A stretch of DNA of 63,170 bases, filler included, from Octopus bimaculoides (lineage: Eukaryota): the NCBI RefSeq assembly GCF_001194135.2. It is 4 parts of 4 records of this genome, joined end to end, with 100 filler letters (N's around TTAATTAATTAA, not from the genome) between each part and the next. Parts side by side here need not be neighbours in the genome. Positions count along the whole stretch, not along the records: positions 1 to 26,919 come from NC_068989.1; 3 more parts are not named here. One strand, written 5' to 3'. This document shows positions 13,671-26,059 of the stretch, one piece after another. The position numbers and the translations under genes were made by a program. The notes under the pieces were generated by a model. It saw only the letters and a program-made list of their open reading frames with translations, was not told the DNA's origin and ran no database searches. Position 1 is the stretch's first letter, and every line of letters begins with the position of its first letter.

Positions 13671-14872
13671 TGAGGGTGCGTTAAAAAGTTCGTTGGCTGC
13701 ATAGGCTGACTATGAAGGAGTGACGTTTGAGCTGTGTAATCTGGCATGCAATAATTTCAACACTTCTTATTAATAACTGAATTATTTCTTTCCTGGTAAA
13801 CTGACATCTAACGTTTCAAAGATTTCAAAAGTAACCAATTGCAACTTCTCTTGAAAAGGGACACAAGTTGGCAGAGTGGTGTTATCAAGTGCCTGCAGAA
13901 AAAGGATTTAGCTCCCAAACAATATTCATGCTGACATAGTTGCTACATTAGGGAATAACGTTCCAGCTTTATGAATGATGCAGCTGAGTTGAGGAGGGGA
14001 AGGGAGAGTTGAATATGACCCAATGTCTGGACGTCCTGCAACAGCTACTACCAAGGAAAATATTATTCGTGTTCACTACATGGTGATAGATGGCAGGCAA
14101 CTGACTATAATTCAAATACCAATGCTATTAGCACGTCGCGTGAGAGAGTTGATAATATTCTGTACAATGATCATGTCATGACAAAGGTTTCTGCTCGGTG
14201 GGGGGCATGTCTTCTGAAACCTGATCAAAAGTGCAACCAGGCTGATCGCATCACGGAAAATCTGACATTATTTGAGGAAGACCAGCTGCGAGTGTTGGGT
14301 TCATCACTTTGAGCCAGAGACAAAAAGACAATTCATGAAGCGGAAACATTCGAAAGTAGGCCAATGTTGTTTCGTCTGCAGGGAAGGTGATGGTGTCATT
14401 TTTAAGGAGCGTAAAAGGGCCGCATCTTCAACAGAGAGTACTATGCCAACTTGTTGAGGTAATTACGAAAGACTATCAAGTTAATACGCACAGGAAGCCT
14501 GAGGAAAGTGAACTGCTTTCATTAGGTCAGTGCTCCAGCACACAAGTCCTTGGTTTTAATGGTGTCTGTGCGTGGCTGTGGCTTGGAAATTATTGATCAC
14601 CCTCCCTACTCTCGTGATTTGGTCCCATCTGACAAGTATCTGTTCCCTATCGTGAAAAACAAAGGTCTTGTAACGAGTATCACAGTGATGCTGACGTCAT
14701 ATATGTGCTGTTGTTGACTTTTCTCAGCAACAGTATGAAAGCTTCAAGCACTGACACATCGATGAAAGAAAAGTGTGGGCCGCAAAGAGCACTGTGTTGA
14801 AAAGAAAAGTCTATTTGGTTACATTCCACGAGAACATCTTGCTCAGTCTATGAAATTTTCAATCAATCCTCG
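13671..14872 (+). mobile_element. Decayed mariner (DD34D-type) transposon 1
   Basis: TA flanks; TIRs TGAGGGTGCGTTAAAAAGTTC / GAAATTTTCAATCAATCCTCG; transposase remnants KKGLAPKQIHADIVATLG, SGRPATATT, WVHHFEPETKRQ, HPPYSRDLVPSD. Confidence 0.9.
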
Positions 14873-15279
14873 TAAAGCTTTAACAGTTACCAACAGTTTA
14901 AACGAGTCCTTCGAAATCACTGATAGAATGTTTCGAATGTGTGCTTTTCCCCATTACAAGGGAGATAATCGATTCATCATAGTATTCGGGGAGATTAGAG
15001 ATTTGAATTTGAAATTAAGAATTTATAAGGAAAATATGCATAAATTTCACACGTCTTTATTTTATTCCATGCTTTTTGGAGATCACCAATTTAACATAGT
15101 TATTTATGAAGCAGATCATTTAATTGAAGATGGAAATTCTAACAGCCTGGCAAAATTCATGGAATGTTTTTCTTATATTTCATAGAGAGTAAGTATATTA
15201 ACAAACGAAAGGTTGAAAATCTGCTTACAAATTTAAATGAAAATAAATATCTATTCAGAATAAATTCCTATGATTATAT

Positions 15280-15400
15280 GTACGTATACATACATACATA
15301 AATACATAAATACATACATACATACACACACACATACATACATACATACATACATACATACATACATACATACATGTATGTGTGTATGTGCATATATCTA
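15280..15400. repeat. (TACA)n microsatellite
   Basis: Direct reading. Confidence 0.95.
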
Positions 15401-16651
15401 TGTCTATGAGTGTGAATGAGTGCAAACAAAACCTGTCTTTCAACACTGATTTAGAACAATAACCGTCATTTGAAGATGTCGTGAACAAAATATTTCGTGT
15501 GTTATTTGGAATGAAGAAAAGTTTATATATGTTTTTATAAATTTGAAGTCTAGTGGTTAAATTTGTTTGATAAGTATTATATTTCATTTCTTGAAAGAAC
15601 ATTCATAATGATATGTTCGGTGAAAAGCTGAAAGCTTACATTTTTAATTGTTTGCTAGCTTTAGTGTTTATTATGATGATGAAATATCGAGCATTTATTT
15701 CTATTTATGTGTTGCTATGTCCTTTGTCAAACCGCCAATTAATTATTCAAATAAAGGTATTGAATTTCTTACATCCGAATTTCCTTTATTGTTAGCTTTC
15801 TACCTTGTTACAGCAGTTAGCCACATTTACTACATACCATTTTCAGTTTAACCTGGAGTCTGTTGTTTTAATATACCGTATCTCATCGTACAATCTCTAT
15901 TGTTATCATAGAAAATCCTCAGTAATTCATTATCTGCCATATTAAAATCGTATAATCTCATAAGAATTCGTCTCTTAATATTGATACCAAATCTGATACA
16001 AAAACTTTATCACATCCGAAGTTTAACGTAATAAAATAAAGAGAAAGAGAATGAAATTATTTGAAATTTCTGGAACAAATTGCTGTAAGATAGAGAACAA
16101 GCATTCTATCATCAAAGATTGTTTCCTGTGATATCTTCCCCTATATTCAGATACAAGGTTTTCTAACAGGCTGTATGTTTCTCGGTAGCTGTTGCCAAAT
16201 CTTTAGTTTTTGCAGCAACAAAAACGAATCGTATGCCAGGTTAGAGATTAAAAATTATATGTACCATAATAATTGCATTACTTCAACATATTGAATACGA
16301 GATGTCGAAAGGAATTTAAGTAAATCTGTGGTTTTGAAGTATGCGTCTGTTCAGTCTAAAAATTCCATGTAATATAAGAGAATAACGATAGAGATATCAT
16401 CATCAGTAGTAGTAGCAGGGCTGGCGAAAAATCTGATTATGCTGCATTATATTGCTTTCAAACGGGAGAATGAAAAACTGGCCTACAGTACATAGATTGC
16501 TGGCAACATTTCATAAATATCAAATTATGTTAGAAATATAATCTGCAAAAACAGGCCCAAACCTATATTTTTTGCATACATACATACATACATACACATA
16601 TGCAGACAAACAAACAGACAGGTAAACACGCATACATGTACACACATACGC

Positions 16652-16682
<31 letters not shown>

Positions 16683-17489
16683 NNNNNNNNNNNNNNNNNN
16701 NNNNNNNNNNNNNNNNNNNNNNNNNNNNNNNNNNNNNNNNNNNNNNNNNNNNNNNNNNNNNNNNNNNNNNNNNNNNNNNNNNNNNNNNNNNNNNNNNNNN
16801 NNNNNNNNNNNNNNNNNNNNNNNNNNNNNNNNNNNNNNNNNNNNNNNNNNNNNNNNNNNNNNNNNNNNNNNNNNNNNNNNNNNNNNNNNNNNNNNNNNNN
16901 NNNNNNNNNNNNNNNNNNNNNNNNNNNNNNNNNNNNNNNNNNNNNNNNNNNNNNNNNNNNNNNNNNNNNNNNNNNNNNNNNNNNNNNNNNNNNNNNNNNN
17001 NNNNNNNNNNNNNNNNNNNNNNNNNNNNNNNNNNNNNNNNNNNNNNNNNNNNNNNNNNNNNNNNNNNNNNNNNNNNNNNNNNNNNNNNNNNNNNNNNNNN
17101 NNNNNNNNNNNNNNNNNNNNNNNNNNNNNNNNNNNNNNNNNNNNNNNNNNNNNNNNNNNNNNNNNNNNNNNNNNNNNNNNNNNNNNNNNNNNNNNNNNNN
17201 NNNNNNNNNNNNNNNNNNNNNNNNNNNNNNNNNNNNNNNNNNNNNNNNNNNNNNNNNNNNNNNNNNNNNNNNNNNNNNNNNNNNNNNNNNNNNNNNNNNN
17301 NNNNNATATATATATATATATATATATAATTGAAGGGATAAACTCAGAAACAAGGCTTTTTTTCTATAGGTAGTTTATCATATTATTTTCAATCTCTATT
17401 TGTATTTCTGTTACCGTGTTTTCCTTCGTTTCCACTCACCATATTTATATCTTGCATATGTTTCCGTTCTTAATTTATAATTCATATTA

Positions 17490-17640
17490 TTATCTATATA
17501 TTTATCTTATGCTTTTATTTATATAGATTTATTTAGATTATTTATATTTGACGGATATTTGTCCTCATCACCTTTGTTGTTAACACAGGTGTCCTGGGGG
17601 AATTTCGAACCTGGGTTCTCATTCCTAAGGTATTTTCCGA

Positions 17641-17674
<34 letters not shown>

Positions 17675-17762
17675 ATCATTGCCTGGAATCGAACTTGGAA
17701 TCTTGGGGTTAGTAGCCCGCACTCTTAACCTCTATGCCATATGCCCGTGGCAAATTATGGAG
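17490..17762 (-). mobile_element. Penelope 3' terminal repeat (pLTR): tRNA-like head + (TAA)n + tail whose hammerhead core is deleted
   Basis: Starts ~25 bp after the PLE stop; minus strand GGGCATATGGCATAGAGGTTAAGAGTGCGGGCTACTAACCCCAAGATTCCAAGTTCGATTCC; GACACCTG joined directly to TGTTAAC at ~17587. Confidence 0.85.
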
Positions 17763-17775
17763 TGAACCTTAGGGC

Positions 17776-19025
17776 TTATAAATCTAATATTTTCCTCTCC
17801 TTCTTTAATACCGGTTCCCGTATGCTACTCATATCTGCACTAGCTCTGCTTAGGAGGGTATTATATCCTAGCATATGTGCTGATTCTTTTAGTTTTCGTA
17901 TTTTCCAGTGGTGTTCTCTGTCTATTATTTTAACTTCATTCCACAGGAGGAGGTGGTCTCCATTTTTCCATACATGATCAGCTATACCCGATTTATCAAT
18001 ATCTCCTCGTCTCACAGCTTTGCGAGGTTCGTCTACCCTTATTTTTAGGGGCGGCATGTTTCACCTTTGAATAACGTACCACAGCTGCATAGGCTGCAGC
18101 ACACGCAGTTTTTGGTCATATTCTCTTCTATTGGTGGTTTTACTCGAAGGAGATATTTGCGAAGTGTTGTATTACTCTTGAATACTGTACTGATGCCACA
18201 TGGGCCGCATATCCTTTGTATCTTTTCGGAGAAGCCTTTCACATAGGGTAGACAGACTGTGGACAGTTATGGGTTTCATCCACTCTTCTCTTCATAACTG
18301 GAGTGGATAGTATGTTTTTGGAGTAGATGTTTAATAGATTGTTACTTAGCTCCATCATTTCTTCGTGGTGTGTATCAGGATCACTACTTATATTTTTTGC
18401 TCGATGTTTTAGGCACTGAGCAATCGCTCTCTTAACACTGTATAGATAGTGGGAATTGAAGTTGAGGTATCGTCCAGTGAAGATTGGCTTGCGGTATACT
18501 GATGTCCTGGACCCATACTTGCTGCGTGTTACTAATACTTTCAGGAATGCAAGCTGATTGTCTTTTTCCTTTTCCATTGTGAACTGTATGTATGACTTTA
18601 CTAAGTTCACATGATCTAACAGTAAGTACTTGGAATCTTCCTGGAGGGGCCAGAGTATAAAGATATCATCAACATATCGCAGTCATAGGGCTGGTTTTAG
18701 TGGTATTGATCCTAAAGCCAAAGTCTCAAAATATTCCATGTTTATATTGGCTATTATCGGTGATATAGGTGAAACCATAGCTAAACCCTCTTCTTGTCGA
18801 TATATATCAGTGTCCATACTGAAGTAGGTAGTTTCTACGCAGAAGGTCAACATTTCCATCAACTTTCCTATTGGTATACTTGTGCGTTCTTTCAGATAGG
18901 TGTCTGTCACCAATTTTTTCTTGAATCACAGATAGTATTTCATCGGTTGGGACTTTGATTAACAGACCTATCACATCTAGACTCACCATCTGGTTGGATC
19001 CAATGGGAGTATCCTTGATCAATTC
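17776..19025 (-). mobile_element. Penelope-like element (Penelope/Poseidon type): 5'-truncated, frameshifted RT plus C-terminal GIY-YIG endonuclease
   Basis: MVSLDVIGLLIKVPTDE, YRQEEGLAMVSPISPIIANINMEYFE, LRYVDDI, IQFTMEKEKDNQLAFL, VYRKPIFTGRYLNFNSH, KGETCRPLKIRVDE..SGIADHVWKNGDH..WKIRKLKESAHM. Confidence 0.92.
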
Positions 19026-19026
19026 T

Positions 19027-19090
19027 CTGATGAGGACAAATATCCGTCAAATGTAAAGTATGTACATAATTCCTCATCTCTCAAATATAG
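19027..19090 (+). mobile_element. Inverted copy of the pLTR terminus at the truncated 5' end of the Penelope element
   Basis: GATGAGGACAAATATCCGTCAAATGTAAAG..CATAATTCCTCATCTCTCAAATATAGA matches the outer ends of the dimers at 40962 and 51962. Confidence 0.85.
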
Positions 19091-19564
19091 AAGTATGACT
19101 AAATTTGTATTGATCTGTTTTAATATATATTAATGTATATGTATTTTTAAAAATATTTTCAAAACTTTACGTCTGTTTTCCGTTTGGGATTTTGCTGACT
19201 GATCTAAACTTTTATTCTGAGCTTAACCCTTCAATTATCGTTCGTCTCATTCGGAGCACTTCTTAGTTACAGCCCATATGTCTCGAAAGATATATTTGTG
19301 CGTCTTTGTGTGTGTGTGTGTGTGTGTGATTAGACCATTTCAAAAGACATTATGAAAGCCACGTATCTTCGTTGGGCACATTGAGAAAAGAAAAGCCACT
19401 AAGTTGGTTAGCCACTTATTGAGTTTCAAGACTAACTGCATAATATTTGCGAGAATCGTTGAGAAACTCCTGCCATAAGCAACTGAATCTAAGTCTTACG
19501 AATTACATCACACTAGTTAATTTCAGATCTGAAATTTGCAGCACATGGAATCATAAGTGCATAT

Positions 19565-19857
19565 TTCTTTTGGAGAACTGTAGGAGACCACCCTATTCGG
19601 ATTGAGAAGCTGTCTTGCACACTTTGGTTCCCTCTCCGTTCAATTATTCCATAATGACTTGTTTAATTAATGATTTTACGGATAAAAATGCTGTAACTCT
19701 AATTGAGTTTCTTTTGGAGAACGTTAGACCACCCTGCTTGGATTAGGCAGCTGTCTTGCACCATTTGGTTCCGTCTCTGTTCAATTATTCCATAACGACT
19801 TATTTAATTCCGGATTTTACGGACAAAGATGGTGTAACTCTAATTTCGTTTCTTTTT
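19565..19857. repeat. Tandem duplication of ~145 bp (2 copies)
   Basis: TTTCTTTTGGAGAAC..GACCACCCT..AGCTGTCTTGCAC..TTCAATTATTCCATAA..TGTAACTCTAATT occurs at ~19565 and ~19709. Confidence 0.9.
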
Positions 19858-20016
19858 ACGTTTTTAATAACCCTTCCACTTTTTCATACATTTTTCTTGT
19901 GATTTCACATGTACCAGCGTCCTGATATTCAAATACAAAATCATGTGTTCAGATAAATGATATTTATCTCTCACTGAATGTAGTAATTTTTTGGTATAAC
20001 GATAACAGAACGCTAA

Positions 20017-20038
20017 TACACACACACACGCGCGCGCG

Positions 20039-20087
<49 letters not shown>

Positions 20088-21045
20088 NNNNNNNNNNNNN
20101 NNNNNNNNNNNNNNNNNNNNNNNNNNNNNNNNNNNNNNNNNNNNNNNNNNNNNNNNNNNNNNNNNNNNNNNNNNNNNNNNNNNNNNNNNNNNNNNNNNNN
20201 NNNNNNNNNNNNNNNNNNNNNNNNNNNNNNNNNNNNNNNNNNNNNNNNNNNNNNNNNNNNNNNNNNNNNNNNNNNNNNNNNNNNNNNNNNNNNNNNNNNN
20301 NNNNNNNNNNNNNNNNNNNNNNNNNNNNNNNNNNNNNNNNNNNNNNNNNNNNNNNNNNNNNNNNNNNNNNNNNNNNNNNNNNNNNNNNNNNNNNNNNNNN
20401 NNNNNNNNNNNNNNNNNNNNNNNNNNNNNNNNNNNNNNNNNNNNNNNNNNNNNNNNNNNNNNNNNNNNNNNNNNNNNNNNNNNNNNNNNNNNNNNNNNNN
20501 NNNNNNNNNNNNNNNNNNNNNNNNNNNNNNNNNNNNNNNNNNNNNNNNNNNNNNNNNNNNNNNNNNNNNNNNNNNNNNNNNNNNNNNNNNNNNNNNNNNN
20601 NNNNNNNNNNNNNNNNNNNNNNNNNNNNNNNNNNNNNNNNNNNNNNNNNNNNNNNNNNNNNNNNNNNNNNNNNNNNNNNNNNNNNNNNNNNNNNNNNNNN
20701 NNNNNNNNNNNNNNNNNNNNNNNNNNNNNNNNNNNNNNNNNNNNNNNNNNNNNNNNNNNNNNNNNNNNNNNNNNNNNNNNNNNNNNNNNNNNNNNNNNNN
20801 NNNNNNNNNNNNNNNNNNNNNNNNNNNNNNNNNNNNNNNNNNNNNNNNNNNNNNNNNNNNNNNNNNNNNNNNNNNNNNNNNNNNNNNNNNNNNNNNNNNN
20901 NNNNNNNNNNNNNNNNNNNNNNNNNNNNNNNNNNNNNNNNNNNNNNNNNNNNNNNNNNNNNNNNNNNNNNNNNNNNNNNNNNNNNNNNNNNNNNNNNNNN
21001 NNNNNNNNNNNNNNNNNNNNNNNNNNNNNNNNNNNNNNNNNNNNN

Positions 21046-21137
<92 letters not shown>
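20017..21137. repeat. (CA)n-(CG)n-(CA)n...(TA)n microsatellite spanning an assembly gap
   Basis: Direct reading on both sides of the N-run. Confidence 0.9.
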
Positions 21138-21138
<1 letters not shown>

Positions 21139-22503
21139 ATATACGCACAAACACATACACACACACAGACTGACACACATATATATGCATATATTTAAAT
21201 AATCTTTCAGTATCATAATCACTTTCTCTGTCTAAGATGTCGCATCTTATCTAGACACTATGTATTCCATTTCAGATCATCCCAACAATTTAGATACTAT
21301 TTTCGCCTGTTAATGTACTTCACACTCTTTCTATTTTACTCCTATTAATCAGCCTGATTATGCACACACACACTCACGTACACATTGTATCTGACTCACG
21401 TATTCTTTTATCCTAACTATACTGCGAAGATACTGCGGTGATATAATTTCGTGATTGTTTTTTTATGTTCTTCCAAGACAAAAATTCGATGCTGTTAAAT
21501 TTCACATATATGCTATATTACTGCATTTGGTATATTAACAATGATGGCTATTATAGATAGATTTACTAAAATCATCATATTTACTTTTAAGAATTTTCTG
21601 AGCATCTCGAAAACTTGAAGATTAGATTTTACACAGTATCTTCCTTATAACATTTAACAGTGAATTTATCAAGAGTGTTATATATCTATCTCAGGAAGTG
21701 CTAAATGCTTGAAGGAAGCAAAACCAACTTTATGTGTTAATGATTATTTACTTAAATATCACAGCTCTATGCACTGGATTGTATTCAAAGTTTATTGAGA
21801 ACAAAATAGGTACTGTGTCTTTATTATACACATATTTTTCAAAGATTTTAATAAGAGAAATAACTCGAACAAATATTCAAAACAATATCATTTAATCATT
21901 TAGCCAGTTGTCTGGCCGTTGAGGTAAATACGAACTTTATATTTCACACATAATGCTAACTAAAATATTTTACACTTTTGATTTGTTGCATCGCTTTCCT
22001 TACTTTGGTTCTGTTTACTCTGGTCGATTTAGTTGAATATGATCCTAATTTACGTAGAATTGTGTTATGCTCTGTGAAATTTAATCATTATACATGAATA
22101 TCATGGTAACAGAGTTTAAGAAACTTATATCAGTTTGCGTTTGATGTACGACACTTCTACTCCGGAATACCTGATATGTACATAGTGTCAGATTTTCGAA
22201 TTTTATGGTATCTTAGTCGATTTTGCAAAGAATACATTTGTGTTGAAACATGTTTCAATGGCAAGGTATATTTTTCAAAAATCATAATGATAAACATTTC
22301 CTTCATAATGTTCATGTAATAATTCAAAATTAAATTCAAACAGCGGATATTTCAAAGGAAAGCAGGATCGGATTAACATCTGAATGAACTAAATGTTTAA
22401 CGTAGTGTACTGGAGCCTTTCTATTTTAATGCTTTAAAGAATATACTGTACATGTATTTGTTTTGGATATTGTAATTTATCGTTTCTGGTGAAACAACCG
22501 AGA

Positions 22504-22506
<3 letters not shown>

Positions 22507-22588
<82 letters not shown>

Positions 22589-22607
22589 ATATGTATGTAT
22601 GTATGTA
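22507..22607. repeat. (TA)n/(TATG)n microsatellite
   Basis: Direct reading. Confidence 0.97.
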
Positions 22608-22728
22608 TTCCGAGCAAAAGCACCTTTCTATGGTGATATAAACACACAGAATGAAGTAAACAGATATATCCACATCACGTGATTTAGAAGAGTGGTCTTT
22701 ATCAGAATAAAATCACATTATATGGATA

Positions 22729-22925
22729 CAGTAATCCCTCGAATATAGCAGGTGTTACATCTCAAAACCCCCCGCGAAGTACAAGCAGTGCTGTATATTT
22801 CTATTATTATTTTTATAATTTGTATATTTATTTTATTATAAATGCAAAACAACCCCACAGATGTATCGACGTAAGCTTAAATAATTAACCCGATAGGTGA
22901 ACCGCGATATGGCGAGAGATTACTG
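22729..22925. mobile_element. pogo/Tigger-type MITE
   Basis: TIRs CAGTAATCCCTCG / CGAGAGATTACTG with TA on both sides. Confidence 0.85.
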
Positions 22926-23314
22926 TATACGCGTTTACATAATTTTGTGCGTTTATTCCACTATAGAAAGGTGCTTTTGCTCGCTCCCTCACTTTTCGTG
23001 ATTCTCATAAGGTTTGTGTGGCTATCGAGTTGTTTTTGATTTTTATTTCTAGCAACACTGGTACTATTTTTGTATCCTTGTTTATTAATTTTCCTTTAGA
23101 TTTTAATTGCTAGTGGGTCACCTATATCATGTGTTTAATATATCATATATTATATATATATATATGTTTGTGTGTGTGTTTACAGTTCATAGCTCCTTAA
23201 AGCTATCATAACTGCGTTCCACCCATGCTACTACTGGTGATATCATCAAATTTGGAATTTATCCACAGATGATATGAACAGTAGTGACATCTAACTTCAA
23301 ATCTCAGTGTTTGA

Positions 23315-23358
<44 letters not shown>

Positions 23359-23360
23359 CA

Positions 23361-23396
<36 letters not shown>

Positions 23397-23400
23397 TATA

Positions 23401-23582
23401 TATGTTCGACCGCTGAAACCTACAAGTGTTTTTCATTCCCTGTTTATTTTCTCTTATTCCTTTCTGTTGAAGAGCGTTGGCTTGAAACATAAAAGACTTT
23501 TTCATTTTCCAGAGTGTCAAACTAATACACTGGCTTGTTCATACACCCGTCTTCGTCTTTTGTCTTTCTATAAATTTTAACT
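23401..23582 (+). mobile_element. Probable solo pLTR remnant of a second Penelope-like family with a degenerate hammerhead-like motif
   Basis: CTTT-CTGTTGA-A-GAGC-GTTG-GCTT-GAA-ACAT-A-AAAG at 23460-23495 has the same layout as the family-1 ribozyme; bounded by (TA)n. Confidence 0.45.
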
Positions 23583-23683
23583 ATATATATATATATATAT
23601 ATACGTACACATACGCGCGCACACGCACGCAGAGAAACACAGACACAAATACACACACACAAACACACACACACAGACGCACA

Positions 23684-24937
23684 TTGGGTTGTCTGAAAAG
23701 TTCTGACAGTTTTTTAAGTCAAATCTCTTAACACTTCATTGAACACACCTGAAACGTAACAGTTAAAACTTTGCTTGAAGTGGCTGTGCATCTCATCTTT
23801 GTTCCTGACGAAAAATAGATTTATCTTTCATTCAGGTTACCCTTTATTGACATTTGAAATGGATCACCAAAAATTTCATATTCGAGTTGCAATGCCATTC
23901 TTTATTTTAAAAAAAGGAGAAAATGCTGCAAAGGCTTGCAAAAGCATTTGTGAAGTTTACTGTTATGGTGCTGTAGGTGAATTAACTGTTCGTGGGTGGT
24001 TTGCAAAATTTAAAGCTGGAGAGTTTGTCCTGGGAGATGACAGTAACAGTAGAAGATCTTCAAAATTGGATGAGGATGTTTTGAAGGCAAAAATCGAATA
24101 AAACTCAAATATCACAACTGGATAACTTGCAGAAGCGTTGGAAGTTTCTAAAAGTATGGGTCAAGAACACTTAATGAAGCTAGGATACATTTCTCACTAT
24201 AATGTATAGGTCCTTCACAATCTCTCAAAAAGGAATTGCTTGGACCGGTATTCCGTTTGGAATACGATTTTGAAACGGAATGAAATTATGCCTTTTTTAA
24301 ACGACTTGTGACTGGAGATGAAAAATGGATTGTGTACGAAAACGTAGTGCGCAAAAGATCCTAGAGTTTGCGTAAGGGTCCCCCGAAACAGCAACCAAAA
24401 ACGAATATCCATGCCAAAAAGCTATCTTTTTATTTGGTGGGTTCATAAAGGAATTATTTCACAAAACCAGACCATTTGTTTCGATATGTACTCTCGTCAA
24501 CTGACTAAGGAGTGTGGCCGGCGGTTGCCAACAAGAAAGAGGTTCCAACAAGACAATGCCTGATTACATGTGTCTTTGGCTAACAGAACAAAGTTAGATG
24601 AACATGGCTGAGGGCATGGCCCCAACCACAATATTCTCCTGATATTAGGCCATCTAAATAACACTTGTTTTTGTCTCTACAAAACTCATTGCAAGGAAAA
24701 ACATTTAATGATTTAGATGGAGTCAAAATGCATCCAGACAACATTTTTTTTTCTTCAAAACCGGTCAAATTATACGCTGATGGAATATTTAAATTGCCTG
24801 ATAGATGGGCAAATGTCATTAATGAAAATGTAAATTATTTTATTGAATAAAATTTATTGAAAGGTCAATTATATATATATATATATCTCCCTGCATATTA
24901 AAAAGAAAAAACGCTCAGAACTTTCCGGACAACATTA
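23684..24937 (+). mobile_element. Decayed mariner transposon 2 (Hsmar1/cecropia-like)
   Basis: TIRs TTGGGTTGTCTGAAAAGTTCTGA / TCAGAACTTTCCGGACAACA; KKGENAAKACKSICEVY, TVRGWFAKFKAG, LVTGDEKWIVYEN, YSPDIRPS, LPDRWANVI. Confidence 0.9.
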
Positions 24938-25247
24938 GATATGTTGTTGGTATAAATGGTACAGACAATCCAACAGATTCGCTCATAGGCCACATTAGTA
25001 GTAAAATATGTAACTTCCATGAATCAGACAAGACGAACATCACTTCGGCAATTGACCTAGGATATATTTGCACTGTTTGTAATGCAAAATTTCAACTGGC
25101 TCTAGGGACTCAAAAGGCACTTAGGTGCGCATACACGAAAATAGTACCTCAAACAAGAAGTTGGCAACATATATCTCTTGATATATGCACTAAGGCACAC
25201 ACACGTACACACATACACGCACATAAATTAACAGAAATGTGTGTGTG

Positions 25248-25296
<49 letters not shown>

Positions 25297-25689
25297 NNNN
25301 NNNNNNNNNNNNNNNNNNNNNNNNNNNNNNNNNNNNNNNNNNNNNNNNNNNNNNNNNNNNNNNNNNNNNNNNNNNNNNNNNNNNNNNNNNNNNNNNNNNN
25401 NNNNNNNNNNNNNNNNNNNNNNNNNNNNNNNNNNNNNNNNNNNNNNNNNNNNNNNNTATATATACATACATACATACATACATACACCAACACACAAACA
25501 CACACACATATACAAAGCTGTGTGTACACATCACACATAGTGAAAGGAAACAAATACTGAGTCATACGAAAATCAATATCAATATATGGTAAAAATAAAA
25601 ATAAAAATAATAATAATAATAGCAACAATATGTTATCATGTATATGTTTTGATTTGGTATAAATTGATGAGCTACACAAATATTCTGCT

Positions 25690-25840
25690 CAATAGTACGG
25701 ACTTGTTTGTCTTGTGAGAAGTTGTGGAGATTTAGGTCTTTTCGCTCAATAAACACTCACAACGCTCGGTCTTGAAACCGAAACCGCGATCCTATGACCG
25801 CGAGTCCACTGCCCTAACCACTGCGCCATTGCGCCTCCAC
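25690..25840 (-). mobile_element. tRNA-derived SINE family E
   Basis: Minus strand GGCGCAATGGCGCAGTGGTTAGGGCAGTGGACTCGCGGTCATAGGATCGCGGTTTCGG (A box and degenerate B box). Confidence 0.75.
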
Positions 25841-26059
25841 ATAAATCAAAATAAGCAACAAGGATATATAAAGGTAATGCAGTACGATCGATTCATGCGA
25901 CTCCATTTAATTGAGCAATGTAAACATTACATCAAATATAAAATGTAGAGCAATCTTCAGCTGCACAAAGATAAAATCTAAACTCTCCAAGTAGAAAGGA
26001 GGAATACAAAAAAACATTTTGACTTAACCAAACCATACCGACTAGATGGTATGATCAAT

